A stretch of DNA of 64,000 nt from Selaginella moellendorffii (taxonomy: Eukaryota > Plantae > Lycopodiophyta): positions 1,089,643 to 1,153,642 of the forward strand of contig NW_003314286.1 of the NCBI RefSeq assembly GCF_000143415.4, written 5' to 3'. How positions within the stretch are numbered: the stretch's first letter is position 1; each line of letters begins with the position of its first letter. This document shows positions 1-13,000 of this stretch, piece by piece. Made by a program: the position numbers and the translations under genes. The notes beneath the pieces are model-generated. The model made no database searches and was not told where the DNA came from. It saw only the letters and a list, made by a program, of their open reading frames with translations.

Positions 1-316
1 TGCGGTAAGCAATCTCTTCAATCTTCTCTTCTCTTTTCTCCATTTCTTTGGTCTTTTCTCTCCTTTGTTTCTGGCTCAAGAAAAGCAAACCGGGGACTTT
101 TCTAATGCGGACTTTGAGTGCAGGCTAAGCGCAGCAACGTGCTACTCTCAGTTTTGATAGGAAGAGTGATGTTCAAGGTAGGAAATGGTCGTCCTGCAGC
201 GTTTGGAATTGTCTTCCTTTTGACTCGTTTGACGTCCTTTGCAGGAAAAGATATGGAGGCGATTGCCATTCATTTTGATGATGGTTGGCGGAATGACGCT
301 CATTTTGCTGGCTTAA
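1..316 (+). CDS. 3' end of an EamA/DMT-family membrane transporter (partial; exons ~124-177 and 245-316)
   Basis: Splicing at GT/AG sites gives AKRSNVLLSVLIGRVMFK|EKIWRRLPFILMMVGGMTLILLA*, which matches the EamA C-terminal KRxSVLxxVLxGxxxFKE pattern followed by a final TM helix. Confidence 0.6.
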
Positions 317-453
317 AGCGAATTTCGTTTGTTCCTCTGCGCTGGTAAACCCTAAACCTCGAACAAAAGGAGGAGGGCGAAGAAAATTCTTGTTAGTTTG
401 AACTGTGGATATATCTTGTAAAAACTAGTCATTCTATTTTCTAGGGTTAGGTT

Positions 454-981
454 ATGGGAGCACTGGGCTGGACAAGGGCGGATTTTCTTCCCCCTCTCCC
501 TCCCTCGCCATGGCCATCGCCATCGCCATCGCGGCACAAGATTTCGCTCTTCTTGACAAATGGGAGAAATGCGCCCGCGAGGAGGACCCGCTTGTGCTCC
601 CAGTCGTCATCCAAGCAGGAATCTGGCGCAGAGGAATCCGCGCGCATCGTGCCTCTTGATTTGCCGGTCCAGGAAGGATCCCAGGAATCCCAGGACTCCT
701 CAGCGCAGGGCGAGCTTCGACAAGCTCGCGGGCAGCAGGAGCAGCAAGAAATTGGCGAAGCTCTGCGGGAGCTGAGAAAGCAGGCCGCGCCATCGCCAAG
801 CTCGGTGGGATTTTGGGAGGGATTGGCGCAGGAGATTGGGATGATCGAGTGGCCAAATCCGGGCAAAGTGTTTGGGACCACGGTGGTAGTCCTTAGCATC
901 ATCTTTGCTTCCTCAATCGTGCTGCTCACTGTAAATTTCCTCCTGGCTGAGCTCTCGGACGTAGTCTTCAAGACCCAATAG
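454..981 (+). CDS. SECE1: Plastid preprotein translocase subunit SecE, intronless
   Basis: Transit-peptide-like N-terminus; SecE signature EIGMIEWP...FGTTVVVLSII followed by one TM helix. Confidence 0.9.
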   Translation: MGALGWTRADFLPPLPPSPWPSPSPSRHKISLFLTNGRNAPARRTRLCSQSSSKQESGAEESARIVPLDLPVQEGSQESQDSSAQGELRQARGQQEQQEIGEALRELRKQAAPSPSSVGFWEGLAQEIGMIEWPNPGKVFGTTVVVLSIIFASSIVLLTVNFLLAELSDVVFKTQ

Positions 982-1327
982 AGATAACGCGCCAATGAGG
1001 TGGCACCGTGTGGCGCCTTTCATGCTGACACGGCTGCTGTGTCATCATCAATTTTGCCACCTTTTGGAAAAACAAAGCTTTGCCTCAAATTTTTCTTTTC
1101 GCAATTCTCACAGAAAATCCACAGTAAAAACCTGCGAGTGTACAATCTTGGAAAAACCGCGTTGTTTCTTTATATATGTATTTACGTATGTTGTTGAAAC
1201 TCTTCTTCTAGTAGGATTGTTGTTGGTCGATCGTTGTCTCGCTCTCCAAGAACCAAAAAAAAAAAAACACAAAATAATCCTCTTCTCAGGGGAAAAGGAG
1301 AAGAGAAAGCAATACCTCCACAGCGAT

Positions 1328-2673
1328 TCACTCGATATAAGATAGGATCGATCGTCGCTGATACTCTGGAGAGGTGGCAGCAGCGCTGTTGTGTCTGCCT
1401 CTGGATTGAGCTCGAGCTGCCGTGGCCGGGGCGCATCTGTCCATCGCCAGACACGCTTTTGTCCGCTTGAGCTGCTCGTAGCATCCCTTTCTATCCGCCA
1501 CCACACCACTGTTATTGTCCCTGTTGTTGTTTGTGGTGGTGTTCTTGGAGGACCCATCACTGGCACGAACAGCCGCTGCCCTGTCCGATCCCGGCCCCAG
1601 CAATCCTATCTCTCTGTCGTAAGGCGACAGCCACTTGGCGGAGACGTAGTCGAAGGTCCTCCATGGCGGCAGGTGCATCGCGTTCTGCTTGAGCGAGAAC
1701 TTGGCGGCGTCAGACATCACCTGTAAGACCTGGCGCAGCCTCCGAGGGGTGGCGACCAGGGGCGCGGGGAGAATCCTCACGGCCGCCCTGTAGCTCTGGA
1801 TCGGCCGGGCAATCTCGAAGTGCGACTGGAAGTCGAGGTCCACAATGAGGCGCTCCGGGGAGGAACCCGAGCCGGATGGCGGGGAGGTTTCGACGTCGAT
1901 GTACTCGTACTCGCCTGGAAAGATGGACCACGAAGAAGTTTGTGAGTTGCGAGTGACTTAAGTTGTGTGTGAGGTACCTACCTCCAGGAACTCGTCCCAC
2001 GCTCTGCCATCGCGACTTGCAGATTCCAGCGTCGTACCCGGCTTTTCGCAGGCGTTTCACAAGAAAGGAGCGGAGGCAGCGGCCATTGCAATCAATTCCG
2101 CGGTGGCATAAGCCATCCATCCGGTCCTCGGTCATGGAACATAAGATGCGGATCACCGCGCTGCGCAACTCTTTTTCAACGGGTGACGCGGTCGAGATAA
2201 AAGCCTGCATTGAAAAAACGCCAAGGGAAAGAATGTCAAAAACTTGTGGTGGCAGTGGCAGCAGGAGCAAAGAAGAAAATAAAATACCACCCTCTTACCT
2301 TGAGTTTTTCAAAGAAGACTGCGAACCCAGTGGGTGTTGGGGACTCTTTGTCGCTGCTATCATAGCCATCGCCCCCGTTTTCCATGAAATCGTGAACCAT
2401 GGCCGCCAAATCATTCTCGCTGTCGCTGCTGCTCATAAGAACAGTGGCGGGGCCATGTATCGTCGTTGGAGCCGCCGCAACCGCCACGAGTTTGGAGCGT
2501 GATTTGCTTCGGGCAGCTTGAATTTCCGGCTGGCAATTTCTGATCGCCACCAGAGGAATGCGGCGTGATGAATCCAGATGATCGGGCCCTCGCTGCCAAT
2601 AATCCCTGTCCCTGCCTCCAAACAGCAGCGCGTCGGCCTCGATCGCTGGAGAGGCGTAGGGAATGCCAGGCAT
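1328..2673 (-). CDS. DUF506 (PDDEXK-like) plant protein, 3 exons
   Basis: Motifs DLAAMVHDFMENG, LRKAGYDAGICKSRW, DLDFQSHFEIARP and HLPPWRTFDYVSAKWLSPY across three ORFs joined by short GT-AG introns. Confidence 0.9.
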
Positions 2674-3092
2674 CGCGACGCGAGAATGGAGCAAATCCCT
2701 GAAGTGCCTGGATCCCTGAAATTCTACCAAAATTTTCCTAGGAGATCAATCACTCGCGGCGACGGCGGCGAATTCCGGCATCCATACCTGGCAATTGATC
2801 TCAATTGCAGGGAAATGCCGGCTGCCGCGGGGAATCACGGGCGATCGACTGCGCGCCATGGTTGCTCGATCGTCCGAGAGAGCCCCAAGGCGCAAGCCCT
2901 AAAAAATGCGCCTCTCCAGGCAAGAACTCGAGACAAAGAATGGAAGCACTTTGCAAGTGTGTGCCTTTAAATAGTGGTTTCCGTTTAATGCGGTTTCCAC
3001 TTTCGTTATTTGAACGGAGAGATTTTTGAAAGTTTCTTTGTCCGCGTAGCGCATCACGTAATATCACCTGTTAGACGTCTTTAACTCGAATT

Positions 3093-3097
3093 GCGGG

Positions 3098-3140
<43 letters not shown>

Positions 3141-3165
3141 GCGTGTTCGATCCACGCTCACCGCA
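3093..3165 (+). tRNA. tRNA-Phe(GAA), nuclear
   Basis: 73 nt GCGGGGATAGCTCAGTTGGGAGAGCGTCAGACTGAAGATCTGAAGGTCGCGTGTTCGATCCACGCTCACCGCA; cloverleaf, GAA anticodon, downstream T-runs. Confidence 0.98.
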
Positions 3166-3219
3166 ACGTTTATATTTTCGAATGTTTTAAATTTTTTTTG
3201 CGGTAAGAATTTAGGGCTT

Positions 3220-5895
3220 ATGGTTAACCCCTCGGCTATGGCGCTCTTGACGCACGGGTGGGCGCCGTCGTCCTCGCATTTTCACTGCCGCTACCATTCG
3301 AGGAAATGCTGGACACCGCTACACTGCTCGGTGGGTTCTGTAGAGGTCGTGACGGCCGGAGAGGATAGAATTCTTGCGAGTAGTGGTGCCAGTGGCAGGG
3401 ATTTGATCGAGCCCGGGGAGAAACCCTGTTCTACTAGCGAAGATCCAGGAAAGGAAGAGGTTTCTCCTGCGGAGTTTGCCAGGGAAATTGGAAGAAGGCG
3501 CAACTTTGCCATAATCTCGCATCCAGATGCTGGAAAAACAACGCTGGTATGTCTCAGTTTTTTGCTTCCTCTTTTGTTTCGTAAGAGGGGATTTTGTGTA
3601 GACAGAAAAGCTACTTCTCTATGGAGGTGCCATACACGAGGCTGGAGCTGTCAAAGCTCGGAGAGCTTCAAGGCATGCTACGTCAGATTGGATGGAGCTC
3701 GAAAAGCAAAGAGGTGATACTCTCTGTTTGTTTGGTTCTCGGGCTATAATCTTCTGTATAATTCTATCCAGGGATATCTATCACGTCCACAGCCATGGTT
3801 TTTGAAACTAGAGGCCAGCTGATAACGTTACTTGACACTCCCGGCCATCAGGTACTTGGCTCTATTTTCTGTTTCGTAGATGAAGTTGTCAATCTAAATA
3901 GTAAACTCCAGGATTTTGGTGAAGACACTTACAGGTGGGAGTTCCTTTTTTTAAAGCAAATACCGGTGGTTCTATTTGCTGAAGTTGGATGATTTTAACT
4001 TGTAGAACCCTGGCAGCAGCAGATAACGCTGTCATGCTTGTTGATGCGGGGAAAGGCTTAGAGCCGCAGACAAGAAAGTTGTTCGAGGTAACGTAACACT
4101 ACTTCTTGCTCAAAATCGTTCATATAAACCTTTCGCAGGTATGTAGAATGCGTAAGTTGCCAGTGTTTACAGTCTTTAACAAGCTGGATAGACCAGCTTT
4201 ACAACCGCTAGAGCTCATCGATGAAATAGAAAAGGAGTTTGAGCTCCCTACTTATCCTGTCAGCTGGCCAATTGGTTCTGGCGACAGGTGTTTTGCTTTG
4301 ATTTTATTTGATCGTTTTGATTTTAATCACTTACGTTTTGTTTTTGTGCACAGGTTTCTTGGTGTCTACTATAGGCCGAGACGACAGGTTCATCTTTTCG
4401 AACGAGGTGGCAAACATGGTAGTGTTGGAGCTGCAGTGCGAGTCCTTGATTATATGGATCCTAGTCTAAAGACAATTATACCCACGGATCTCTACAAACA
4501 GCTTGAGGTAGGAGCCTTTCTCCCAGGTTTTTATTGTAAGCATGTTGTGTTCGATCGGAAGCGGCTTACGTAGGAAGAAGTGGAAATGCTGGAAGAGTTG
4601 ACACCGCCGCTGGACATTTCGAAGGTTCACTCAGGCGATTTGTCACCTGTATATTTTGCAAGTGCCATGAACAACTTCGGCGTAAGTTTCTTGAGAAGTG
4701 ACTGCCAATTCTGAAAATTTTATTGTTCTTCTGTTGAAGGTTGAGCTCTTTTTAGAAAGTTTTCTAGAGTACTCTGTAAAGCCGGGAACACATTCGAGCG
4801 ACATTGGTGAGATCCATCCAGAAAACCCATCCTTTTCTGGATTTGTCTTTAAGGTGAATACTATTGTCTTCGTAGAACCATCTAATATGCTCATTGCAGC
4901 TACAAGCGAACATGGATCCGAAACACAGAGACAAAGTTGCTTTTGTTCGTGTATGCTCGGGTCAGTTCAAGAAAGGGATGAAAGTTCAAGTGTCCAGAAC
5001 AGGCAAAACTATCGCGCTGACAAGGCCGCAGAAAATGTTTGCGCAAGATCGCTCCATAGTTGACAACGGATTTGCCGGAGATGGTTCGTTTTATTCTCCC
5101 TTCTCTCTCCATCTAACAAGCACGTTGTGTGTTATGGTTGTAGTTATCGGTCTCAATAATCCAAACGCATTTTGCATCGGTGACACAGTTTTCTCTGGCC
5201 GACAAATACGTTACCCAGGAATTCCATCCTTCTCCCCAGAACTCTTCAGCTACATGCGAAACACGAACCCGGCAAAGTACAAGCAGTTCCAGAAAGGCAT
5301 TAACAAGCTTCTCGGTGAAGGAGCTGTTCAGGTTTTTTAACTTGAAAAGCTCAAATGGATTGATTACTATTGTTGATAATCAGGTGCTCTACTCAGTCGA
5401 CGCAGGAAAAAACGATCCGATTCTAGCAGCAGTGGGACAATTACAGTTTGAGGTACGTCACCATAAAGCTCCTTTGTTTCCATATCCAAAACCTGGATCA
5501 GGTAGTGCAATATCGGATGCTAAACGAGTACGGTATCGAAACCAAGCTGGAACCTCTTGGTTACAGCGTTGCTCGGTGGGTAACAGGAGGATGGCCTGCG
5601 ATCGAGAAAGCTGGAAGACTCTACAACTGCATGGTTGTCAAGGACCAGGTTTTGAAAACTCTAAACTCTACGCAGATTTCTTTGAGAAACTTATGCACTC
5701 CTTTTTGTTGTTTCCAGTGGGGACGTCCCGTGCTTCTCTTCCGCAACGAATGGAATCTGACTCAACTTATGGTAAGTTTCAAGCGCTGGAATCAAAATCA
5801 AAGTGATAAGTCTGACTGTATTTCAGGGCGACAACAAGGACATTGGTGATCTGGTTCCCATCGCATTGCCTCCCGAAGAGAAAACAAGAAAGTAG
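3220..5895 (+). CDS. prfC: Bacterial-type peptide chain release factor 3, probably plastid-targeted, multi-exon
   Basis: [75 protein letters not shown]; N-terminal transit-like extension. Confidence 0.93.
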
Positions 5896-6182
5896 TCCAG
5901 TGCCAATCCATTCCAGCGGGTAGCATGCGATCATCAAAGTGTTCTAACGCGTGTCAGGGATAAGCTCGCTCTACCTACGTGTTCTCTTGATCCGAAGAAT
6001 ACATTCTTATCATCTATATCATACAAGACAATATATGATATAGAAAATGTATGGAAAATTCAAAGCGATCGAATTTCTAAAGCTTGCTGTTCTCTTCATC
6101 CAAAGAAAAGATGCTTATCATGAAAAATTCAACGCTATCAACCTTTCATAGATTCTCTTAGTCAAAAAGTTCTACAGGTAAA

Positions 6183-6187
6183 GCGGG

Positions 6188-6230
<43 letters not shown>

Positions 6231-6255
6231 GCGTGTTCGATCCACGCTCACCGCA
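6183..6255 (+). tRNA. tRNA-Phe(GAA), identical second copy
   Basis: Same 73-nt sequence as 3093-3165. Confidence 0.98.
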
Positions 6256-6709
6256 TTTCTTTATATGGCCTTTGGTATCGTTTAGTGGAGCATTTCCAAG
6301 TTTTATAATGGTTTACCTCTGGTCGATTCAACAAACGCGGAAAGGGATCTTTTGTTACAGCGCATGGAATCGATTGTATAACATCGCCAGATTATTCCCA
6401 TTCAAAAGTTTGAAGCACATGTGTTACATGGAAATGCCATCCAAATAGTAAAACTCCTGCGCCACGTCACAGTGCCGACGTGGAGCTTCGATCTCCTGCC
6501 TTGAAATTTCTCGCGGCTCGCATTTGTCGGCGCAACCCTAAAAGAGTAAAAGAGTTTTTAGCTTCTTTCCCCTCCATTCAACGCTTGCCGCCGGCCAAGA
6601 AGGCGCGATCAGCTTCTTTCTCATCGATCGATCGACCGATCGATCGCGCGCGGCGGGGCGGATTGTTGTTGGATTGGATCGTTGGATCGTCGCGTCGGCG
6701 TCGGCGGCT

Positions 6710-8334
6710 ATGGCTTCTGCGTTTCTTGCAAACAGCCCTTGCTCCCCAATGCTCGGGAGAATCCAGCTCCGTAGCGAATGCAGAGCTTGTGGCTTGGCTC
6801 TTGGATCGTCGCGCAAGCGCGGATTTTTGCCGGTGACGGCCAGTGTCGCCGAGCACCTCACTTTCCCCAAATCTTCTCCTTCCGACTACGAGGTATGGAT
6901 GAAGTTCTTTGTGTTGATTTCCTCTTCTTTCTTTGTTGTAATTCTTTTGATCTTCTCTCCAGGCCGATCTTAGAAAACTTTTATCGGGACGCGACGTTCT
7001 ACACTCTCGAGCATTCCAGCTCCATAGCTCCAGGCCTGAAGAACGCTTGAAAATTTTCTCTGGTACTGCCAACTTACCGTTAGCCACGGTACACTCTCTT
7101 TGTTCTTCCGGTTCCTTACGAACTGACGCTCGCGCTTTCAGGAAATCGCGTGCTATATGGGCCTCGAGCTGGGCAAAAGAACGATCAAGCGGTTTGCCGA
7201 TGGTGAAATCCATGTCCATCTCGAAGAGAGCGTTCGCGGCTGTGATATTTTCTTGGTCCAGCCGACTTGTCCTCCTGCCAACGAGAACTTAATGGAGCTG
7301 TTTGTGATGATCGATGCTTGCAGACGCGCGCATGCTAAAACGATCACTGCCGTGATTCCATACTTCGGATATGCTAGAGCTGACAGAAAGGTAGCGAAGT
7401 TTCTCATCTTAGTTTTCTTCGGATGTTCTAACGCTGGCGATTTCTTTCCAGACTCTTGGTCGAGAGTCGATTGCTGCAAAGCTTGTAGCGAACCTTATAA
7501 CTGAGGCAGGTGCAAATCGTGTTCTTGCGTGTGATCTTCACTCTGGACAAAGTATGGGGTACTTCGATATTCCTGTTGATCACGTCTATGGACAGGTATG
7601 TGCGTCATATTTTTCTCAACGTCACCATTCCCGTATAAAATCTCTTTGCTCTTTCTTGCAGCCTGTCATTTTGGACTACCTTGCCAGCAAAATGATCTCC
7701 GCAGATGACTTAGTAGTAGTTTCTCCAGATGTTGGTGGTGTCGCAAGAGCTCGGGCATTTGCCAAGAAATTGTCTGATGCCCCGCTTGCCATCGTCGACA
7801 AGCGCAGACAAGGTCACAATGTTTCAGAGGTAGACGGCATCCTCTTCTGGCTGTTTTCTCATGCGTGTTGATTTGCTACTGCAGGTCATGAACTTGATTG
7901 GCGATGTCAAAGGCAAGATCGCGATTATGGTCGATGACATGATCGACACCGCTGGTAGGCCCGAAAGCATGGTTTTGATGTTCTTTACACGTTTCTTTCC
8001 AGGAACAATAACAAACGGAGCAGCACTTTTGCGCCAAGAAGGTGCAAAGGCGGTCTATGCTTGCTGCACACACGGCGTTTTCAGGTAAAGAAGTTGATCC
8101 ATTTTTTTCTTTTTTTTCTTTTTTTTTTTTGTTTTCTAACTCTATTCGGCCACTCGAAGCCCACCAGCGATCGAGAGGCTCTCTGGAGGCCTGTTCGAGG
8201 AGGTGATAGTGACCAACACCATACCAGTGAAGCACAGCTTCAAGCAGCTCACGATTCTCTCCGTCGCAAATCTCCTGGGCGAAACAATCTGGCGAGTCTA
8301 CGATGATAGCTCCGTGAGCAGCATCTTCAGATAA
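6710..8334 (+). CDS. PRS: Ribose-phosphate pyrophosphokinase, class I, plastid type
   Basis: [57 protein letters not shown]. Confidence 0.95.
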
Positions 8335-8665
8335 CGAGGGCTGGAGAAGGAAGAATCAAGAAAAAAAAAAAATTCTTATGCTTTTTAGAATTTTTTGCTG
8401 CCGAGTCGTGCTCGGTGACGACGATGATGAAATCCACTGCGGAAATATTTCCTCGTCTTTGTAAAGAAAACTAACTGTTCTTCTGTCTAAACTTTTCGTT
8501 TGACCTAAATGTCTATGTCGCGGGTTCGAATCCTTTCGCGCCGCATTTATTGTGAAGAGGTGCAAACGTTTTGTTTCCAAGGTTCTGGGTTAGGGTTTAT
8601 TGCCAGGCGGAAGTGGAGCGCTCGCGCGATCGATTGATCGATCGACTGGTCTTCGCTGCTGATTT

Positions 8666-10054
8666 ATGTCTTCGGCAAAGGATCAGCAGCAGCAGCCACA
8701 GCCACAGCCGCATCAGCAGCAACAGCAGCAGCAAAATTCGACCGGCGGCAGCAATTGCTGCTCCTCGAGGTATGGGTATGGCGACGTGAGCAGCGCCGAT
8801 GTCCACCTAGAGCTGGTGCCGATCAGCGGAAATCCACTGCCGCTCCTCCACCTCCACTCCCACGTCCTCCGTCGATCGGAATATTTCGAGGCACGCCTCT
8901 CGGAGCGCTGGAACAATGTGAGCGGCGGCCGCCCAATCGAGCTGTGCCTCGACAAGTGCAAGGATCCCACTGCCTATGTCCGCTGCTTCGAGGTCCTCTA
9001 CGTCCCCGATCGCCTCAAGCTCTCGGCCTTTGCGGATGTCCAGGACGCGCTCACCGTGCTCGAGGTAGCGGCGGAGCTCCTCCTCCACGAGTGTGTGGCG
9101 GCGTGCATGAAGTACCTGGAGGCTGTTCCATGGACCCCCGACGCCGAGGAGGCGATCCGGAGCTGTGTGTCGTCGCTCCACTTGCGACCCAGCCCGGATC
9201 TGGCTGCTAGGCTGTGTACTCTTGGGAGCATGCCCGATTGCAAGCCCGTGGACGTGATGAAGGAGGTGCTGGGAGAGCTCTTGTCGCTCGTCTCCAACGG
9301 AGCTCCTCCAAAGGCCCGGGACATCACCGAGAGAGTTCTTCTCGCCAACGTCCAGGCCCCGGCGTCGTCGGCCTTTGCCGCGGTGAACGAGGTGGCGCTC
9401 TTCAAGGAGGTCCAGACCAACTTGGAGGCGCTCAAGATCCAGCTCAACAAGTTCGTCAACTTCTTCTCCTGGAACTCCCACCAGGTGAATGTGGCGTGCT
9501 CGGCTCTGCGGTGGCTGCTCGAGGAGCTGTTCTCGCTCCAGATTGCGGAGACGGCGATCAAGATGCTGGCCGAGGAGGAGGACCTGGCGCAGCTGATGGT
9601 GTCGAGGATCTACCAGAACCCGTTCACCGAGACGCTGTTCTGCATCCTGGTGAGGATCTTCCAGGCGCTGCAAAAGGGAGAGGTGGTGGTGGCCAGGAAC
9701 TTGAGGCTGGCGCTGGTCACGACTTGGCTGCCGGTGATCGCCAAGCTCGTCCACGACGCGGACGATAGCATGGGTAAGGACAACGAGCTCCAGCGGAGCT
9801 TGGAGGAGGGGCTGAGCGCGGTGGTGGCGACGCTGCCGCTGGTGGACCAGGAGGCGGTGTTTAAGATCTGGATCGGTTCGTGTCTCAAGAGCAGGAAGGC
9901 TTTCCCCGACTTGAGCGACGCTTTCGAGAGCTGGTGTTGCAAGCTCCGGCAGGCCCAGCTGGACAAAGAGCACGACGGTGGCGGGCCGACTATGGCTGCC
10001 TCGACGCCGAGCAAGGGAGAGAGCTTCGCCACGACGTTGGAGGAAGCTCACTAA
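8666..10054 (+). CDS. Plant BTB/POZ domain protein, intronless, with poly-Q N-terminus
   Basis: 462 aa ORF; LHLHSHVLRRSEYFEARLSERW, CMKYLEAVPWT..EE, TLPLVDQE..F..W, PDLSDAFESWC. Confidence 0.88.
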   Translation: MSSAKDQQQQPQPQPHQQQQQQQNSTGGSNCCSSRYGYGDVSSADVHLELVPISGNPLPLLHLHSHVLRRSEYFEARLSERWNNVSGGRPIELCLDKCKDPTAYVRCFEVLYVPDRLKLSAFADVQDALTVLEVAAELLLHECVAACMKYLEAVPWTPDAEEAIRSCVSSLHLRPSPDLAARLCTLGSMPDCKPVDVMKEVLGELLSLVSNGAPPKARDITERVLLANVQAPASSAFAAVNEVALFKEVQTNLEALKIQLNKFVNFFSWNSHQVNVACSALRWLLEELFSLQIAETAIKMLAEEEDLAQLMVSRIYQNPFTETLFCILVRIFQALQKGEVVVARNLRLALVTTWLPVIAKLVHDADDSMGKDNELQRSLEEGLSAVVATLPLVDQEAVFKIWIGSCLKSRKAFPDLSDAFESWCCKLRQAQLDKEHDGGGPTMAASTPSKGESFATTLEEAH

Positions 10055-13000
10055 GCTTGGAGCGATGGAGCAAACTGTGTATACTGTACAGGCTGCGAGT
10101 AAGGTACGTTACGCATTTCTCGCTTCTAGACTAAGTTCTTCTCTCGGTCTCACGCAGGTTTTTCTTTTCCTTCGTTTTTTTCAGCGATCGATCGATCAGG
10201 GAATTCTTTTGTTATCGTGTATAGTGAATGAGGGAAGAAAAATTTCCATCGAGTGATTGTATCTTTGTAACAGGATCGAAGTTTTGCTCGTCCGTCAAAC
10301 GAAATCTTTGTTCCTTCTCGAAAAGTGAAGTTGTTTGTTGCCAGGAACCCTAATTGAAAGGCTTGTGATACTACAAAATTAAGGTGTTTAAAACCTACAA
10401 AAATCATGCAAGGAGTGTGGGAACATGTGCAAATCTATTGCAAAGATACCATGAACATTGGCGTTGAGGAAAAAACAGCCATTCATCATGTTTTGAAGGT
10501 ACTTTCATGTTTGCTTTGTTTTGTTTTTTCCTCTCTATTGACTCTTTATCTGTTCTTAGCTTATTGAGGATGGCTTTATGAGAGAACTGAAGTGTCTGAT
10601 CCAAGAGTAAGTGAGGACTTAGCCAGTGTCAACGTTACAGCAGGAAACAAACTAGAGAATTTATCAGATATAAAACAGCTAGACACATAATCAGTCACAT
10701 GTCCATGTGAACGGTGAGGAGCTGACTGTGATAAAAGGTTAGCCCCAATGGATATTGACAGCTGTAAGGAGTTGGTAATCCTTGAACTCCTAACAAATTG
10801 ATTAGTGAGATGCATGAAGGGACTTGCAATGTATAAGACACTAGAGGTAAGTGATAGGCCTAGAGAGCAGATAGGTGAAGGACCTGGTAGTGTATAGGAG
10901 ACATCAGAGATAAGTGACAGTACAGAGACATGAACAGCATCAGTAAACCGCGCTAATAGTAAGCAGCAAGTCCAAAACTCGATTCATTGGGACCTGTCTG
11001 CCAAGCTGATTGTAACTGATATTTTGTATTTATTGCTTGATAACAGTGATCGAGTAATAATTCATTCACTTCTAGACATCAATTTAATTTGAGCCAAGGA
11101 ACCCAGTTAAAGGAGAAGTTCTATCAGCAATTGCAAAATTGGTTCAACTTCCAGCAGTTATAGCAATAGAAGAAACACCAAATGCTAGTAATTTCTAGTA
11201 GTTTTACAAGAATGTTCTATGTTTGATTTATAGTTTGGTGAAGGGGCTTGTTGATGGTGCAAAGCGACAAGATCGATTATTTTATATCCACATTAATGAT
11301 ACATTAAAATTTCTATCTTTCTCTGCATTGACATAAGAGTACACTATTAACAAAACTATTTATAGGCTAATTTATGAACAAAATATACAATCGTGATAAA
11401 TAAAACAAAGTTGAAATGACAATAAGACTACCTTATAAATTTTCATACAAACTTACTAGTTTCGTAAATTTTATAATTTTAGAATAAAATTAGTTGCAGA
11501 ATTTTAATTTTTGTTAAAAATTAGTTCATTTTAATACAAATTTAAAAAAATTATTCACTTCTTACCACGTTTTTTCTTATTGAGCATGTTCAAGCAATTG
11601 CATTTACCATATAACCATTATTCTTGACAAAAACACAGATTTAAATTCTAGCAAATTATAATTATAATATCCTTATAAGGCAAACTTTATAGTGGTAATA
11701 AATTCTAATAATATAAGAAATAAATTTATTTAAAGTCATTTCTACTAATTTACAAATAAATTGAAATTTGGAACTTCGTTTACTTATCAATAATAAAAGT
11801 ATAGGAAAAAAAATTTAACTCAAATATATAAAAACAATATAGAGCACTTTTTCATCAAAAAGTCTCGTTAAGTAATCTACTTTAATTTTCATTTTTGAGA
11901 ATTACACTAAGATTATCAGTTTTTTAATTAGCTTTTATTGTCATCATAAATTTGTTAAACCAACTTAGCATATTCATACAGTTAACAGAACTAATGCTAT
12001 AAGATGAAGTTTTAAATAGATTTGCAATATGATAATTATGGTGATATATTAGATGTATCATATCTTCAATCACTTTCAATTAGCAATCTTATAAAATTTA
12101 TATATTCTGTTAAATTATATTTCACTAAAAGCCTAAAATATTAAGAGTAATATTTGTATGCTCAACTATAAACCTGTAATTTTTTCCTAAAGATGATTTT
12201 AATTTTTTATTTAAGTTTATCATATTTCTCCTTCTTTTTATAGTCAAGATGGAATTTTGACAAAGTTTTAACTTCTTCTTGAAAGAACACATCTTTATCA
12301 ACTATAAATATCAACTCTTTAAGTTTTTTATGGTAGTAACCAAATTATAAAATACTTATGATAGCCTTTATTTCATATACATTTTCAATTTATGTTGTCG
12401 TGTGTATTACTATATTTATAAAAACAGCTTGTTGATTCTCTAATATAAAGAACATTTAAACCATCAATAGAAAAATAAATAGAGTATATCTATAGCATTA
12501 CTACTAATGCTTATTAATCCATCATTTTATAGCTTAATCTATCACTATAGTTGAATTATATATTTATAAAGTAAAGGGATATTATAATTTAGCAATTCTT
12601 CATCATTTTACTTCTTAGAAAATGGTTTTGTCTTTGCAAATAATAGATAAATGCAAAAACAAATTAATATCATACTGGATATAGGAATAAGTATATTAAT
12701 TAGGGTTTAGATTCTTGTTTATATTTCAGAATGGATGGACCATATTCAAACTTAATGAATGATCCATATACTATACTATTATAAATAATGTATAACCTAG
12801 GTAAGTGTGTATTTACAAAAATTACACCATCCTCTTCTCCAAACGATGAAAAAATGATGATGGTGGAATATTTAAAGTTTTTGCCAGGCTATTATAGATT
12901 GTTACAAAAACTTGAAACTCCCAAAGAACCACCAATGTAACTATGAATAAAATAAAACTCAAAGCACAAGCACCAGTTGATTATAGAAATAATTATATAT

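Noticed and set aside
3093-6255. Prokaryote-like genomic island or bacterial contamination integrated at a tRNA
   Set aside because: prfC has many spliceosomal introns and a transit peptide; both tRNAs are complete eukaryotic type; no integrase.
8807-10051. 414-aa antisense ORF over the BTB gene (likewise long antisense ORFs over RMND5, the hydrolase and the PPR)
   Set aside because: Shadow frames expected from GC3-rich codon usage; no recognisable motifs.
10420-11200. Possible retroelement or gene remnant with a weak ~60-bp internal repeat
   Set aside because: No identifiable protein motif in any frame.
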